25,664 nucleotides of DNA from a virus (Duplodnaviria > Caudoviricetes), in the IMG/VR virus record IMGVR_UViG_3300009091_000056, positions 1 through 25,664 of that record; one strand, given 5' to 3'. Numbering within the stretch: position 1 is the first letter of the stretch; every line of letters starts with the position of its first letter. A program made the translations under genes and the position numbers. Below the pieces are notes generated by a model. The model did not search any database and was not told where the DNA came from. It worked only from the letters and a program-made list of their open reading frames with translations. This document shows positions 8,813 to 17,083 of this stretch, one piece after another.

Positions 8813-9280
8813 ATGAATATTGCACATAACACAGTAATTCTGAAGAACTACTCGAATGTATTTGAGGAACACCTTGCGGGTGGGACAATATATCCGGGTA
8901 TGCTTCTTATTATGTCTGCGGCTGATACGGTCGTTGCACATAATGATGATGCCCCAGCAGCTGGCACGATGGTCATGTTTGCTGTGGAAGATGCCCTTCA
9001 GGGCAGATCTATTGATGATCCTTATGTATCGGGAGATCCAGTCAAAGTTTGGATTCCTTATCGTGGGGATTATGTTTATGCTATTCTTGAGGATGGCGCT
9101 AATGTAGCAGTTGGAGCTTACCTTGAGTCTAATGGTGCTGGTTATTTACAGGCATTCTCGTCTGGTAATGGTGCTGTTGCTCAGGCAATGGAAGCACTTG
9201 ATCTTTCTGGCTCCTCTGGAGAAGAAACATCAGAAGCTCCATTTGGCTTCAACAAGAGAATCAAGGTTAGAATATTATAA
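8813..9280 (+). CDS. Capsid decoration/cement protein
   Basis: 155 aa between scaffold and capsid genes; AGGTIYPGMLL, IDDPY.SGD.V and LESNGAGYL patterns; AGGAGG RBS. Confidence 0.72.
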   Translation: MNIAHNTVILKNYSNVFEEHLAGGTIYPGMLLIMSAADTVVAHNDDAPAAGTMVMFAVEDALQGRSIDDPYVSGDPVKVWIPYRGDYVYAILEDGANVAVGAYLESNGAGYLQAFSSGNGAVAQAMEALDLSGSSGEETSEAPFGFNKRIKVRIL

Positions 9281-9299
9281 TGAAAAGGAGGAAAATAAA

Positions 9300-10409
9300 A
9301 TGGTAAACGTTGATTTAATTGTTGACGGTAAAGCTCAAGGAGCTTTGGCAAACTACATTGCAGCCAATGGAAGAATGGATCCTAACAAGATGCGACCTTT
9401 CCTTGGTGCTGATAACAAACCGTATTTCTCGGTGTACAAAGGTGGGGATCCCACAATTCAGGAAAACTGGACTGTTATTCCTGCCTTAAATGTTAATGCT
9501 ACTCTCCGCAGGGATGAGTGGAAAGCATTAGATGATGCTGTTGTAAGAGCAGCTGATTACAGGCTTGGTGGTATTGATGATCTAAAAGCCAGAGGACTTA
9601 CTTATACATTAGGAAATGCTATGGGAACAACTGTTCTCGAATGGCATGACGTTGCAGGTGATCTGGAGGCTGATATATCAATGGATGGAATAACAAGGGC
9701 ACTCAACAATCGTCCTGATTGGAATTACAATTATATTCCAATACCCATCGTTCACGTTGATTATGAAATCAATGCAAGAGAATTGGCTACCAGCCGGAAC
9801 ATGGGTAATCCTCTGGATACTACAATGGCTGAACGTGCAGCTCGTGCTGTATTGGAAAGATTGGACAAAATGTTATTTACCAGCCTTACTTACAGTTATG
9901 GTGAGAAAGACAGCCATAGTCGGAACACAATTTACAGTTATGTAAATCATCCTGACAGACACCAGATTTCTCTGGGAACTGCTTGGGACGATTCCAGCAT
10001 TACTGGTAAGGCTATTGTTGATCAGATCATTTCCTGGAAGCAGCACAGCATTGAAGCCAGACACTATGGTCCATGGCAGATCTATATCCCAACAGCATAT
10101 GAAACCATACTGGATGAGGATTATGTAGGGACCACACCTGACACTGCTCCAAACACAACCATCCGTCAAAGGATAATGCAGATTTCTGGCATCCTTGGTA
10201 TCAAAGTTATAGATATCCTGGCTGCTGATAATATTCTGATGGTTCAAATGACATCGGATGTTGTACGTTTGGTTCAGGGACTTGGATTACAGAATGTTCA
10301 GTGGGGAGAAGAAGGTAATTTTGTTACCAAATACAAAGTTCTCACCATCCAGGTACCGCAGATCCGTTCAGATCCTGCAGGTCGAAGTGGAGTATTGCAT
10401 ATTGCATAA
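9300..10409 (+). CDS. Major capsid protein (HK97 fold, encapsulin/Linocin M18-like)
   Basis: Start corrected from 9111 to ATG 9300 (AAGGAGG 9285-9291). Motifs TLRRDEWKALDDAVV, PIPIVHVDY.INARELATSR, PLDTT. Confidence 0.88.
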   Translation: MVNVDLIVDGKAQGALANYIAANGRMDPNKMRPFLGADNKPYFSVYKGGDPTIQENWTVIPALNVNATLRRDEWKALDDAVVRAADYRLGGIDDLKARGLTYTLGNAMGTTVLEWHDVAGDLEADISMDGITRALNNRPDWNYNYIPIPIVHVDYEINARELATSRNMGNPLDTTMAERAARAVLERLDKMLFTSLTYSYGEKDSHSRNTIYSYVNHPDRHQISLGTAWDDSSITGKAIVDQIISWKQHSIEARHYGPWQIYIPTAYETILDEDYVGTTPDTAPNTTIRQRIMQISGILGIKVIDILAADNILMVQMTSDVVRLVQGLGLQNVQWGEEGNFVTKYKVLTIQVPQIRSDPAGRSGVLHIA

Positions 10410-10413
10410 CATT

Positions 10414-10440
10414 AATTTCACTAATCAAGTGATATTTTTT
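10414..10440 (+). terminator. Weak hairpin plus T-tract after the capsid gene (terminator or regulatory element, copy 1)
   Basis: TCACT-AATCA-AGTGA (10418-10432) followed by T6; same core recurs after the tail tube gene. Confidence 0.5.
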
Positions 10441-10454
10441 AAAAAAACATTATT

Positions 10455-10808
10455 ATGGAACGTACAAAAAGAACAACAAAAGAAGGTGAAATCCAATGGA
10501 GAAAGATGGGAGGAGGATTCCTTCATCTACCCAACAGGATAATTAAACCTGGCGATGTGTTTTTTGCTCGTCCTGCTGATATCCCAAAGGCTTTTCGTGA
10601 TACAGTAATTCCTTTAGATAAGGAAGAATTGAGGTCAGTAGAAGAGAATCCCGTTGAGTTAATTCTGGTTAACAAACCAGAATATACTAAGGTAAAACGG
10701 GAAGGGAGTAATTGGTGGGATATTGTGGATGCTCAAGGAAAGGTTATCAATGAAAAAGCCTTGCGTGAGCCACAGGCAGAAGAGTACCTTCAATCTCTAC
10801 AAAGATGA
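10455..10808 (+). CDS. Hypothetical protein following the capsid gene
   Basis: 117-aa ORF with A-rich leader; ATGA-coupled to the next gene. Confidence 0.7.
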   Translation: MERTKRTTKEGEIQWRKMGGGFLHLPNRIIKPGDVFFARPADIPKAFRDTVIPLDKEELRSVEENPVELILVNKPEYTKVKREGSNWWDIVDAQGKVINEKALREPQAEEYLQSLQR

Positions 10809-11533
10809 GATGGAGTGTACCTCCTATTTGGGAAGGAGGAGATGTATGGATACTTGGTGGGGGTTCGTCTGTACCCAAGCAGTTCGGGATCCCTGACGAT
10901 GTTATACAAAACGTGGTAAAGGGAATATCACCACCAAGCGCCTACTCTCCATATATGAGTGCATTACATAATAAACACGTGATAGGAATAAACGTGGCAT
11001 ATTTGATAGGAGAGTGGATTGATATGTGCTTCTTTGGAGATGGGAAGTTCTTTACTCCCCACAAGGAGAGGTTAGCAAAATGGCCGGGATTAAAGGTTAC
11101 TTGTTTTAAAGGTCTTGAGAAGGTACCTTGGGTAAAATATTTGTTACAGGATGCTGCACACTCACGTGGAATTAGTAAAGATCCGTCCACTGTTTCTTGG
11201 AATGTAAATAGTGGTTCTGCTGCAATAAGTGTTGCAGCACATACGGGAGCGAAGAGAATAATATTGTTAGGATTTGATATGCGTTTTAATAATGAAGGAG
11301 AAAGACATTGGCATCATTTATATAAAGGAGTCAGTTCTGAACCTCCTATTATCAAAGGAAGAAGGAGAGCTACAAATCCACCGTTTGACTTTTCAAGGCA
11401 TCTGAGAGGGTTTCCACAGATAGCGGAAGATGCAAGAAAGATGGGAATTGAGATATTAAATGCAAGTCCAGATAGTGCAATTACACAATTTCCAAAGTTT
11501 ACAGTAAAAGAATTATTATTTGATAACAGTTAA
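10805..11533 (+). CDS. Maf/DUF115-like (GT29/GT42-type fold) putative glycosyltransferase
   Basis: WILGGGSS, VIGIN, FFGD..F, NSGSAAISVAAHTGAKRIILLGFDM, RHWH and EILNAS match the motif layout of Maf/CstII-like transferases. Confidence 0.68.
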   Translation: MRWSVPPIWEGGDVWILGGGSSVPKQFGIPDDVIQNVVKGISPPSAYSPYMSALHNKHVIGINVAYLIGEWIDMCFFGDGKFFTPHKERLAKWPGLKVTCFKGLEKVPWVKYLLQDAAHSRGISKDPSTVSWNVNSGSAAISVAAHTGAKRIILLGFDMRFNNEGERHWHHLYKGVSSEPPIIKGRRRATNPPFDFSRHLRGFPQIAEDARKMGIEILNASPDSAITQFPKFTVKELLFDNS

Positions 11534-11534
11534 G

Positions 11535-12293
11535 ATGAAAATAACACAGGGATATCAATCAAAATCATTAAGTGCATTTGAATACGCAAAAATGCACAAG
11601 CTCAGGAAGTATGATGATCGGCAGGAGCCACTCGTGGTATTTGGTTGTTATTCTAACGAAGATATTGATATAATTAAAAATCATAAATCGACTGTCATTA
11701 TTCAATGGGCAGGTCTTGATTCAAAAAGATGTGGACATTCTCCATTTATTAAAGCAAGGAATATAATAAATGTCAGTCCTCATCCTCATATTGTGTCCTT
11801 TTTTGAACGGATAGACGTAAAATGTCATTTTATAAAGTGGGCTATTAATGAAACCATTCATTCACAGGTTCTGGGAGATAAGGTATATAGTTATGTGAAT
11901 AAGAACAATCCTGTGTATTATGGTAGTGAAGTCTTAAAAACAATAAAGACAGATTATGAAATATTGATTGCAGATTATACCTACCCAACGAGCAGCTTTC
12001 CAAAAGATTTGATATATTCTAAAGCCTTCCTTGGTTTACAATTATGTAATTATACAGGTGGAGGGTTTGGCATTGTTGAAATGGGATTGCGTGGAATAAG
12101 AGTGGTTACCAATGTTTTAAAACTTCCACATACAATACCTTGGAGTTGTACCTGTGATATAGAAGAGGTTATAAATGCTGAGTCTTGTAACATAGGAAAG
12201 ATTAATAAAGAATTGGCGTGGGCTGTATATGATTCAGTTCTGTGTACAGAGAAATTGGAATGTTATGATTTAGATCAATTAATGATAGCATGA
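11535..12293 (+). CDS. Putative GT-B (GT4-like) glycosyltransferase, divergent
   Basis: ATG 11535 lies 1 nt after the upstream TAA. IIQWAGLDS resembles WxGSD; GGGFGIVEMGLRGIRVVTN resembles the GT4 E-AxxxGxPVV motif. Confidence 0.5.
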   Translation: MKITQGYQSKSLSAFEYAKMHKLRKYDDRQEPLVVFGCYSNEDIDIIKNHKSTVIIQWAGLDSKRCGHSPFIKARNIINVSPHPHIVSFFERIDVKCHFIKWAINETIHSQVLGDKVYSYVNKNNPVYYGSEVLKTIKTDYEILIADYTYPTSSFPKDLIYSKAFLGLQLCNYTGGGFGIVEMGLRGIRVVTNVLKLPHTIPWSCTCDIEEVINAESCNIGKINKELAWAVYDSVLCTEKLECYDLDQLMIA

Positions 12294-12802
12294 ATAACAA
12301 GATGGAAGAAATGAGAGTAGGTGTGTTAAAGATAGGATTATTGGATTTAATAATGGAATTGCCTTCTCATTTGATTATGGTAGAAATTGGGTGTTTTAAA
12401 GGAGAGAGTACTGAATTGTTTTTAAACTCTGGAAAGGTTCTGAGACTGTATGCTGTGGACACGTGGAGATCTGGGAGATTTAGACAGGCGGAAGTCTTGT
12501 TTGATAAAAGGTTTAAGGATAGTAAAGAAAGAGGAAAGATTAAGAAATTAAGAATGACTATGTCAGAGGCTATACCCTTTCTGCCAAAGGTGAATTTTGT
12601 TTATATTGATGGAGATCATACGTATGAATGGGTAAAAAAGGATATAACAAATTCCCTAAGGATTCTTAGAAAAGGAGGAATACTTGCAGGACATGATTAC
12701 GTGAATAGAGGTAATGTGGGTGTTATTCAAGCTGTCAATGAAATGGTAGGTGTACCTGATAAAATATATAAGGATTCAAGTTGGTTAAAATTAATAGTAT
12801 GA
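12290..12802 (+). CDS. Class I SAM-dependent O-methyltransferase (Methyltransf_24-like)
   Basis: VEIGCFKGEST, YAVDTW, VYIDGDHTYE and LRKGGILAGHDY; ATGA overlaps at both ends. Confidence 0.88.
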   Translation: MNNKMEEMRVGVLKIGLLDLIMELPSHLIMVEIGCFKGESTELFLNSGKVLRLYAVDTWRSGRFRQAEVLFDKRFKDSKERGKIKKLRMTMSEAIPFLPKVNFVYIDGDHTYEWVKKDITNSLRILRKGGILAGHDYVNRGNVGVIQAVNEMVGVPDKIYKDSSWLKLIV

Positions 12803-13512
12803 AGATAGTTACCGCAGCATTTGCTTATAATGAAAGACCATACATTCCATTCATGGTAGAATATTACCGTGAGCAAGGCTGTGATCTTTTCATACTGGAT
12901 AATTATTCAACAGATGGTACCTATGAATGGTTAATAGAACATGGTGTTACCACGGCTCGGGTAGATACCAGAGATTCTTTTTTACTTGTTAAATTACAGG
13001 CAACATTGTTAGCAGGGCTGAGAAAGATAAAACCTGATTGGGTTGTCTATTGTGGGATTGATAGTTATTATTGCTTTAAAGGAACAATTAGGGAGGAGAT
13101 TGAGAAAGCAGAAAGTCTTGGATATAATATGATTGAAGTCAATCATTTTTCAATGTATAATACAGGAGAGAAATTTCAGTTACCATTCACAAGAAATTAT
13201 TTTTACGGGGCAAACCATAGAAGGTTACAGATGATAGGAAAATTTGTACCAACATTTAAATTCGTAGCTGATGCTCTTTACATGCCAAATAAGAAGGTTT
13301 ATGTGAGTGATGGTATGTTTGTTAATTATGGAATGTGTAAACCCCGTATCGAGCGAGAAATCACGTTTGCTCGGCGAAAAAGAGCTTGGTTGCTTGGGGA
13401 GTATAGAGGACATGGTGTTCATTATGCTCCAGCACAACGGAGACAGTGGATTTGGAGTAAGGAAGAATTAATAGATATAAGAACAACAGAATTTTTTAAG
13501 CTAATGAAATGA
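12799..13512 (+). CDS. GT-A / GT2-like glycosyltransferase
   Basis: Start ATG 12799 (ATGA overlap). AYNE, ILDNYSTDGT, KPDWVVYCGID (DxD position degenerate). Confidence 0.78.
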   Translation: MKIVTAAFAYNERPYIPFMVEYYREQGCDLFILDNYSTDGTYEWLIEHGVTTARVDTRDSFLLVKLQATLLAGLRKIKPDWVVYCGIDSYYCFKGTIREEIEKAESLGYNMIEVNHFSMYNTGEKFQLPFTRNYFYGANHRRLQMIGKFVPTFKFVADALYMPNKKVYVSDGMFVNYGMCKPRIEREITFARRKRAWLLGEYRGHGVHYAPAQRRQWIWSKEELIDIRTTEFFKLMK

Positions 13513-14264
13513 TAGCACTTATTACACCAACTGGAGGAAGACCTGAGCAGATACAACTCTGTGCTGGATTTATGGTACGTCAAGACTATAAAGGAGAAGT
13601 TCTCTGGGTAATTATTGATGATGGTATTCAGAAGACAACTGATTGTATTACTAATGATTTCAGAGAAGGTTGGAAAATAATAAAGATATTTCCAGAGGAG
13701 AAATGGAAACCCGGTGGAAACACACAGGCTCGCAATCTTTTGTTAGGAATTGAGGAAGTCGAAAATTATGAGGTAGAACTGATTTTTATAGTTGAGGACG
13801 ATGATTATTATTCTCCACAGTATCTGCGTAAAATGATAGAAGGGGCAGGAGGTTATGATTTAATTGGGGAACAGAATACTGTATATTATAATCCAGTTAT
13901 GAGGAGGTATAGGTATAATAGAAATGATAGACATGCAAGTTTGTTTCAGGTTGCATTTAGACCGACGGTGATTTCTCTATTTAAAACGGTCTGTAAGGTT
14001 AAACAACGTTTTGTTGATATTATACTTTTCAAGATGGCTTCTATGTATATGATAAAACTATATGATAGTAACCAGCATTTTGCGATAGGAATAAAAGGGC
14101 TTGGGGGACGTCCAGGAATAGGGCAAGGACATAGGTTAGGAATGAGAATGGAGGCTGATTTGTCGATGACAGAATTAAAGAAGTTGATAGGAGAGGATTA
14201 TGTTTTTTATAAAGATATGTATGAACCAACCAGTATTCATAACAGGGGTAGAAAGATCAGGTAG
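13509..14264 (+). CDS. GT-A / GT2-like glycosyltransferase
   Basis: LITPTGGRP, WVIIDDG and IFIVEDDDYYSPQYL (DxD); ATGA overlap. Confidence 0.8.
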   Translation: MIALITPTGGRPEQIQLCAGFMVRQDYKGEVLWVIIDDGIQKTTDCITNDFREGWKIIKIFPEEKWKPGGNTQARNLLLGIEEVENYEVELIFIVEDDDYYSPQYLRKMIEGAGGYDLIGEQNTVYYNPVMRRYRYNRNDRHASLFQVAFRPTVISLFKTVCKVKQRFVDIILFKMASMYMIKLYDSNQHFAIGIKGLGGRPGIGQGHRLGMRMEADLSMTELKKLIGEDYVFYKDMYEPTSIHNRGRKIR

Positions 14265-14895
14265 TTCTTTAATTGCCAAAATATTAGATATCTGTGGAGT
14301 ATTTAAAGGTAATACTTCAACGATGTATGAAAATATTGAGGTAAGAACCAAACTTGCTTCCTACATTGCACAGAATATTAATAATGGAGAATTTATACCA
14401 AATATTCAACAATTGAATATACCTGTAGATTGGAGGAAGAAAATTGATGATATTTTAGGTCAAGAAGGATATAAGAATGGTTTATGGTTTTTAAAAGGAG
14501 CTCAGTTAGCACAGACTTGGCCAGTATGGAACTATGCATACCCTAATGCCAGATGGCTGATTGTCAGGCGGAGAACAGGTGATATAATACAGTCCTGTAT
14601 TAAGACAGGGTATATGCGTATCTTTAAAGATGAGGCAAATCTACAGGCGATAGGCGTAGGAAGTGAGGAGGAGGGATGGAAATGGTGGGTACATCAATAT
14701 GAAAAGGCATTTGTTGGCATGATAGAGGCTGGATTGGATTGCAAGATAATTTGGCCTGAGAGAATGGTAAGAGGTGATTATCAACAGGTGTATGAAACAT
14801 TGGAATGGTTAGGATTGAAATGGAGCAGTAAGATAGTTGAAATAATAGATCCCATGTTAATTAAAAGTAGGAGGAAAGAACAATGGCATGCGTAA
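14221..14895 (+). CDS. PAPS-dependent sulfotransferase family protein
   Basis: 5'-PSB-like loop FITGVERSGSSLIAKIL and 3'-PB-like R-x7-S (RRTGDIIQS); LEWLGLKW. Alternative start ATG 14200. Confidence 0.78.
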   Translation: MNQPVFITGVERSGSSLIAKILDICGVFKGNTSTMYENIEVRTKLASYIAQNINNGEFIPNIQQLNIPVDWRKKIDDILGQEGYKNGLWFLKGAQLAQTWPVWNYAYPNARWLIVRRRTGDIIQSCIKTGYMRIFKDEANLQAIGVGSEEEGWKWWVHQYEKAFVGMIEAGLDCKIIWPERMVRGDYQQVYETLEWLGLKWSSKIVEIIDPMLIKSRRKEQWHA

Positions 14896-15290
14896 CATCA
14901 GAAGAGGTTTTAGCAATAATGAATGGATGTCCGTTGACTACAAGTGAACAGATAGATCCGTTTATTTTATCAGCCCATGCTTTTATAGCAAGAGTGTTGG
15001 CAGAAAATACCACGGTAACAGCAGCACAGAAGGCAGAACTTGAGAAATGGCTTACCGCTCATTTGATTGCTTCCATCTATGGTAGTAATGGAAGTGGAGG
15101 AGCTGGTGGTACTGTCAAGCGAGAAAAAGTGGGTGAGGCAGAAATAGAATATGCTGTACCAAAGGCTGGAACAGGATTAGATGGTACAGTATATGGGCAG
15201 ATGGTAAAACAGCTTGATCCAACAGGTCTATTGGCTTTGGCTGGTAAGAAGGCAGCAAGTATTTATGCAGTAAAACAATTTGAAGAATGA
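14883..15290 (+). CDS. Head-tail connector/adaptor protein
   Basis: LEKWLTAHLIA, REKVGEAEIEY and T.YGQ...LD.TG.L patterns; AGGAGG at 14869-14874. Confidence 0.72.
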   Translation: MACVTSEEVLAIMNGCPLTTSEQIDPFILSAHAFIARVLAENTTVTAAQKAELEKWLTAHLIASIYGSNGSGGAGGTVKREKVGEAEIEYAVPKAGTGLDGTVYGQMVKQLDPTGLLALAGKKAASIYAVKQFEE

Positions 15291-15676
15291 GTGGTGTAAC
15301 TGATTTAGTAGCAAGTGCTTGTACGCAGACATGCGTGTATTGGGGAAATCCAGTACAGGATGGATATGGAGGTAGTACATATGATGCTCCTGTTGAGATT
15401 GCTTGTCGTTGGGAAGGTAAAATCCAACTTGTTAAGGGTTTTGATATGAAAGGTAATACTATTGAATACATTGGGATAGTATATGTCATTCAAGACTTAG
15501 ATCAAGATGGTTGTTTGTTATTGGGTACATTGGCAGATTTAACCCCTGAGGCGGTAACTAAACCTTTGACACAAGATGGAGTATACATAATAAAACAATT
15601 TGAAAAAATCCCGGTATTAAGATCTACTACGGAATTTGTACGCAAAGCATTTTTAACACAATGGCAATATAGATAA
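15287..15676 (+). CDS. Head closure / head-tail joining protein
   Basis: QTCVYW...DGYGG..Y.APVEI.CRWE pattern and neck-module position. Confidence 0.65.
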   Translation: MSGVTDLVASACTQTCVYWGNPVQDGYGGSTYDAPVEIACRWEGKIQLVKGFDMKGNTIEYIGIVYVIQDLDQDGCLLLGTLADLTPEAVTKPLTQDGVYIIKQFEKIPVLRSTTEFVRKAFLTQWQYR

Positions 15677-15677
15677 T

Positions 15678-16250
15678 ATGGCAGGCTGGGTTTATTTTGA
15701 TCAAATAGGGATCCCGAGATCAAGTATAGAAGGGGTTGATAGAGTTATATCTAATATTAATAAAGAATTCTCTCATCTCCATGATATGAATCTTAGAGGA
15801 TTGATTAAAGCTGCTGCACTAATTCATTATGAGACGGTAAAAGGAGATGTTAGAGTACCAGTTGATTATGGTAATTTAAAGGCGAGTTGGTTTGTAACAA
15901 CTTCCAAAGGAAAATTACAGGCTGGAGGAGGTAAAACACACACACCAGAGGGTGCAGGAGGATCATTTAAAGGACCTGCAGCAGGAATGTTAGGTGCAGG
16001 TCATGCCGCAATATTAACGGAAATGAAGGCAAAAGCAGAAGCATTATCCAAGGTATATAAAGGTCCTTTTTTGATTATGGGGTATAGTGCTAATTATGCA
16101 TTGTGGGTACATGAAATGCTTGATCCAGGAATAAAGTGGAAAGCAGAAAAATCAGGTCCTAAATGGTTTGAAGCAGCTTTAAAGAAACATAAGAATAATT
16201 TGATTAAGGTTGTTGCTGGAGGAGGTCGTATTAAAAACTATAAGGTATGA
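15678..16250 (+). CDS. HK97 gp10-like tail completion/neck protein
   Basis: VPVDYGNLKAS, GYSANYALWVHE and PKWFEAAL motifs. Confidence 0.75.
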   Translation: MAGWVYFDQIGIPRSSIEGVDRVISNINKEFSHLHDMNLRGLIKAAALIHYETVKGDVRVPVDYGNLKASWFVTTSKGKLQAGGGKTHTPEGAGGSFKGPAAGMLGAGHAAILTEMKAKAEALSKVYKGPFLIMGYSANYALWVHEMLDPGIKWKAEKSGPKWFEAALKKHKNNLIKVVAGGGRIKNYKV

Positions 16251-16639
16251 ATGCACCAAGTGAAGATGTAAAAGATATGCTATTAGCAGATACTGAGTTA
16301 GGCTTAACCTTTGCTGAGGATCTTTTTATTAACAGAGAGCCTGCAACTCCTGATAATGTGGTAACCATATTTGATTCTTATGGTTCTCCTCCATATATTG
16401 GATTAACAAATACAGGATATGAATACCCATCCATACAGATTCGTGCTCGTGGGAATGATTCAAGAGTAACTTTTAATCTATTAAATGAAATATATTTATC
16501 ATTACATGGCCGGGCACACGAGACATGGAATGATACATTATATGAGTCCATTATTTGTACCAACGTTCCAACTTTATTGGATTGGGATGATAATGGCAGA
16601 TGCAGATTTATTATTAACTTAAATTTACAAAGGAGGTAA
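16247..16639 (+). CDS. Tail terminator ('minor capsid') protein
   Basis: PATPDNVVTIFD, PSIQIRARG and D.NGR.RF..N motifs; directly precedes the tail tube gene. Confidence 0.72.
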   Translation: MNAPSEDVKDMLLADTELGLTFAEDLFINREPATPDNVVTIFDSYGSPPYIGLTNTGYEYPSIQIRARGNDSRVTFNLLNEIYLSLHGRAHETWNDTLYESIICTNVPTLLDWDDNGRCRFIINLNLQRR

Positions 16640-16641
16640 AA

Positions 16642-17076
16642 ATGGCAAGTAATGCTATTGCTGGTGTTGGAACACTATTTCGCAGATGGGATACATCTAC
16701 GGGGTGGGCATCCATCGCTGAGGTAAACTCAATAACAGGACCTGGAATGACCAGAGACTTTATTGATGTAACGTCATTGGACTCCACTGGTGGATATCGT
16801 GAATTCATCGCTGGGTTTCGTGATGGGGGTACTGTGACTCTCGCAATGAACTTCACTCGTGCAACATACGATATTATGAAGGCCGATTTCGAGAGTGATG
16901 ACGATGTTCTTTATGAAATTGTTCTACCGGATGCTGATGTAACTTCTCTGGAATTTATGGGATTGGTAACAGAATTACCACTCACTATTCCAGTAGATGA
17001 CAAAGTTACAGCTGATGTGACTATTAAAGTCAATGGGCAGGTAACGGTGAACTCTGGAACAGGAACGGGTGCATAA
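16642..17076 (+). CDS. Tail tube (major tail) protein, siphovirus type
   Basis: IAEVNSITGPG...IDVTSLDS.GGYREFIAG.RDGG.V and VTIKVNG motifs; AAGGAGGT at 16630-16637. Confidence 0.88.
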   Translation: MASNAIAGVGTLFRRWDTSTGWASIAEVNSITGPGMTRDFIDVTSLDSTGGYREFIAGFRDGGTVTLAMNFTRATYDIMKADFESDDDVLYEIVLPDADVTSLEFMGLVTELPLTIPVDDKVTADVTIKVNGQVTVNSGTGTGA

Positions 17077-17083
17077 TCAAACT

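Noticed and set aside
6548-9280. MuF, protease-scaffold and decoration genes share one frame, separated only by TAG codons (7502, 8795, 8798), hinting at amber recoding or a polyprotein
   Set aside because: All other genes tile intact under the standard code with no TAG fragmentation. The TAGs at 7502 and 8798 are part of the TAGGAGG RBS of the next gene, and two in-frame junctions occur by chance about 1 time in 9.
9111-9299. N-terminal extension of the capsid ORF in the ORF track
   Set aside because: Overlaps the decoration gene; the strong SD points to ATG 9300.
9300-10409. Cellular encapsulin nanocompartment
   Set aside because: Portal, protease, neck and tail genes around it show it is a phage capsid protein.
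10258-10542. +1-frame ORF spanning the capsid stop, suggesting a frameshift or readthrough extension
   Set aside because: No evident slippery site and no recognisable domain. In-frame readthrough meets TAA after one codon, and the tube gene hits TAA after four.
10805-14895. DNA hypermodification as the cassette's main role
   Set aside because: Not excluded but disfavoured: the genes sit in the late structural operon and no base-hydroxylase, hydroxymethylase or nucleotide-kinase genes are in the window.
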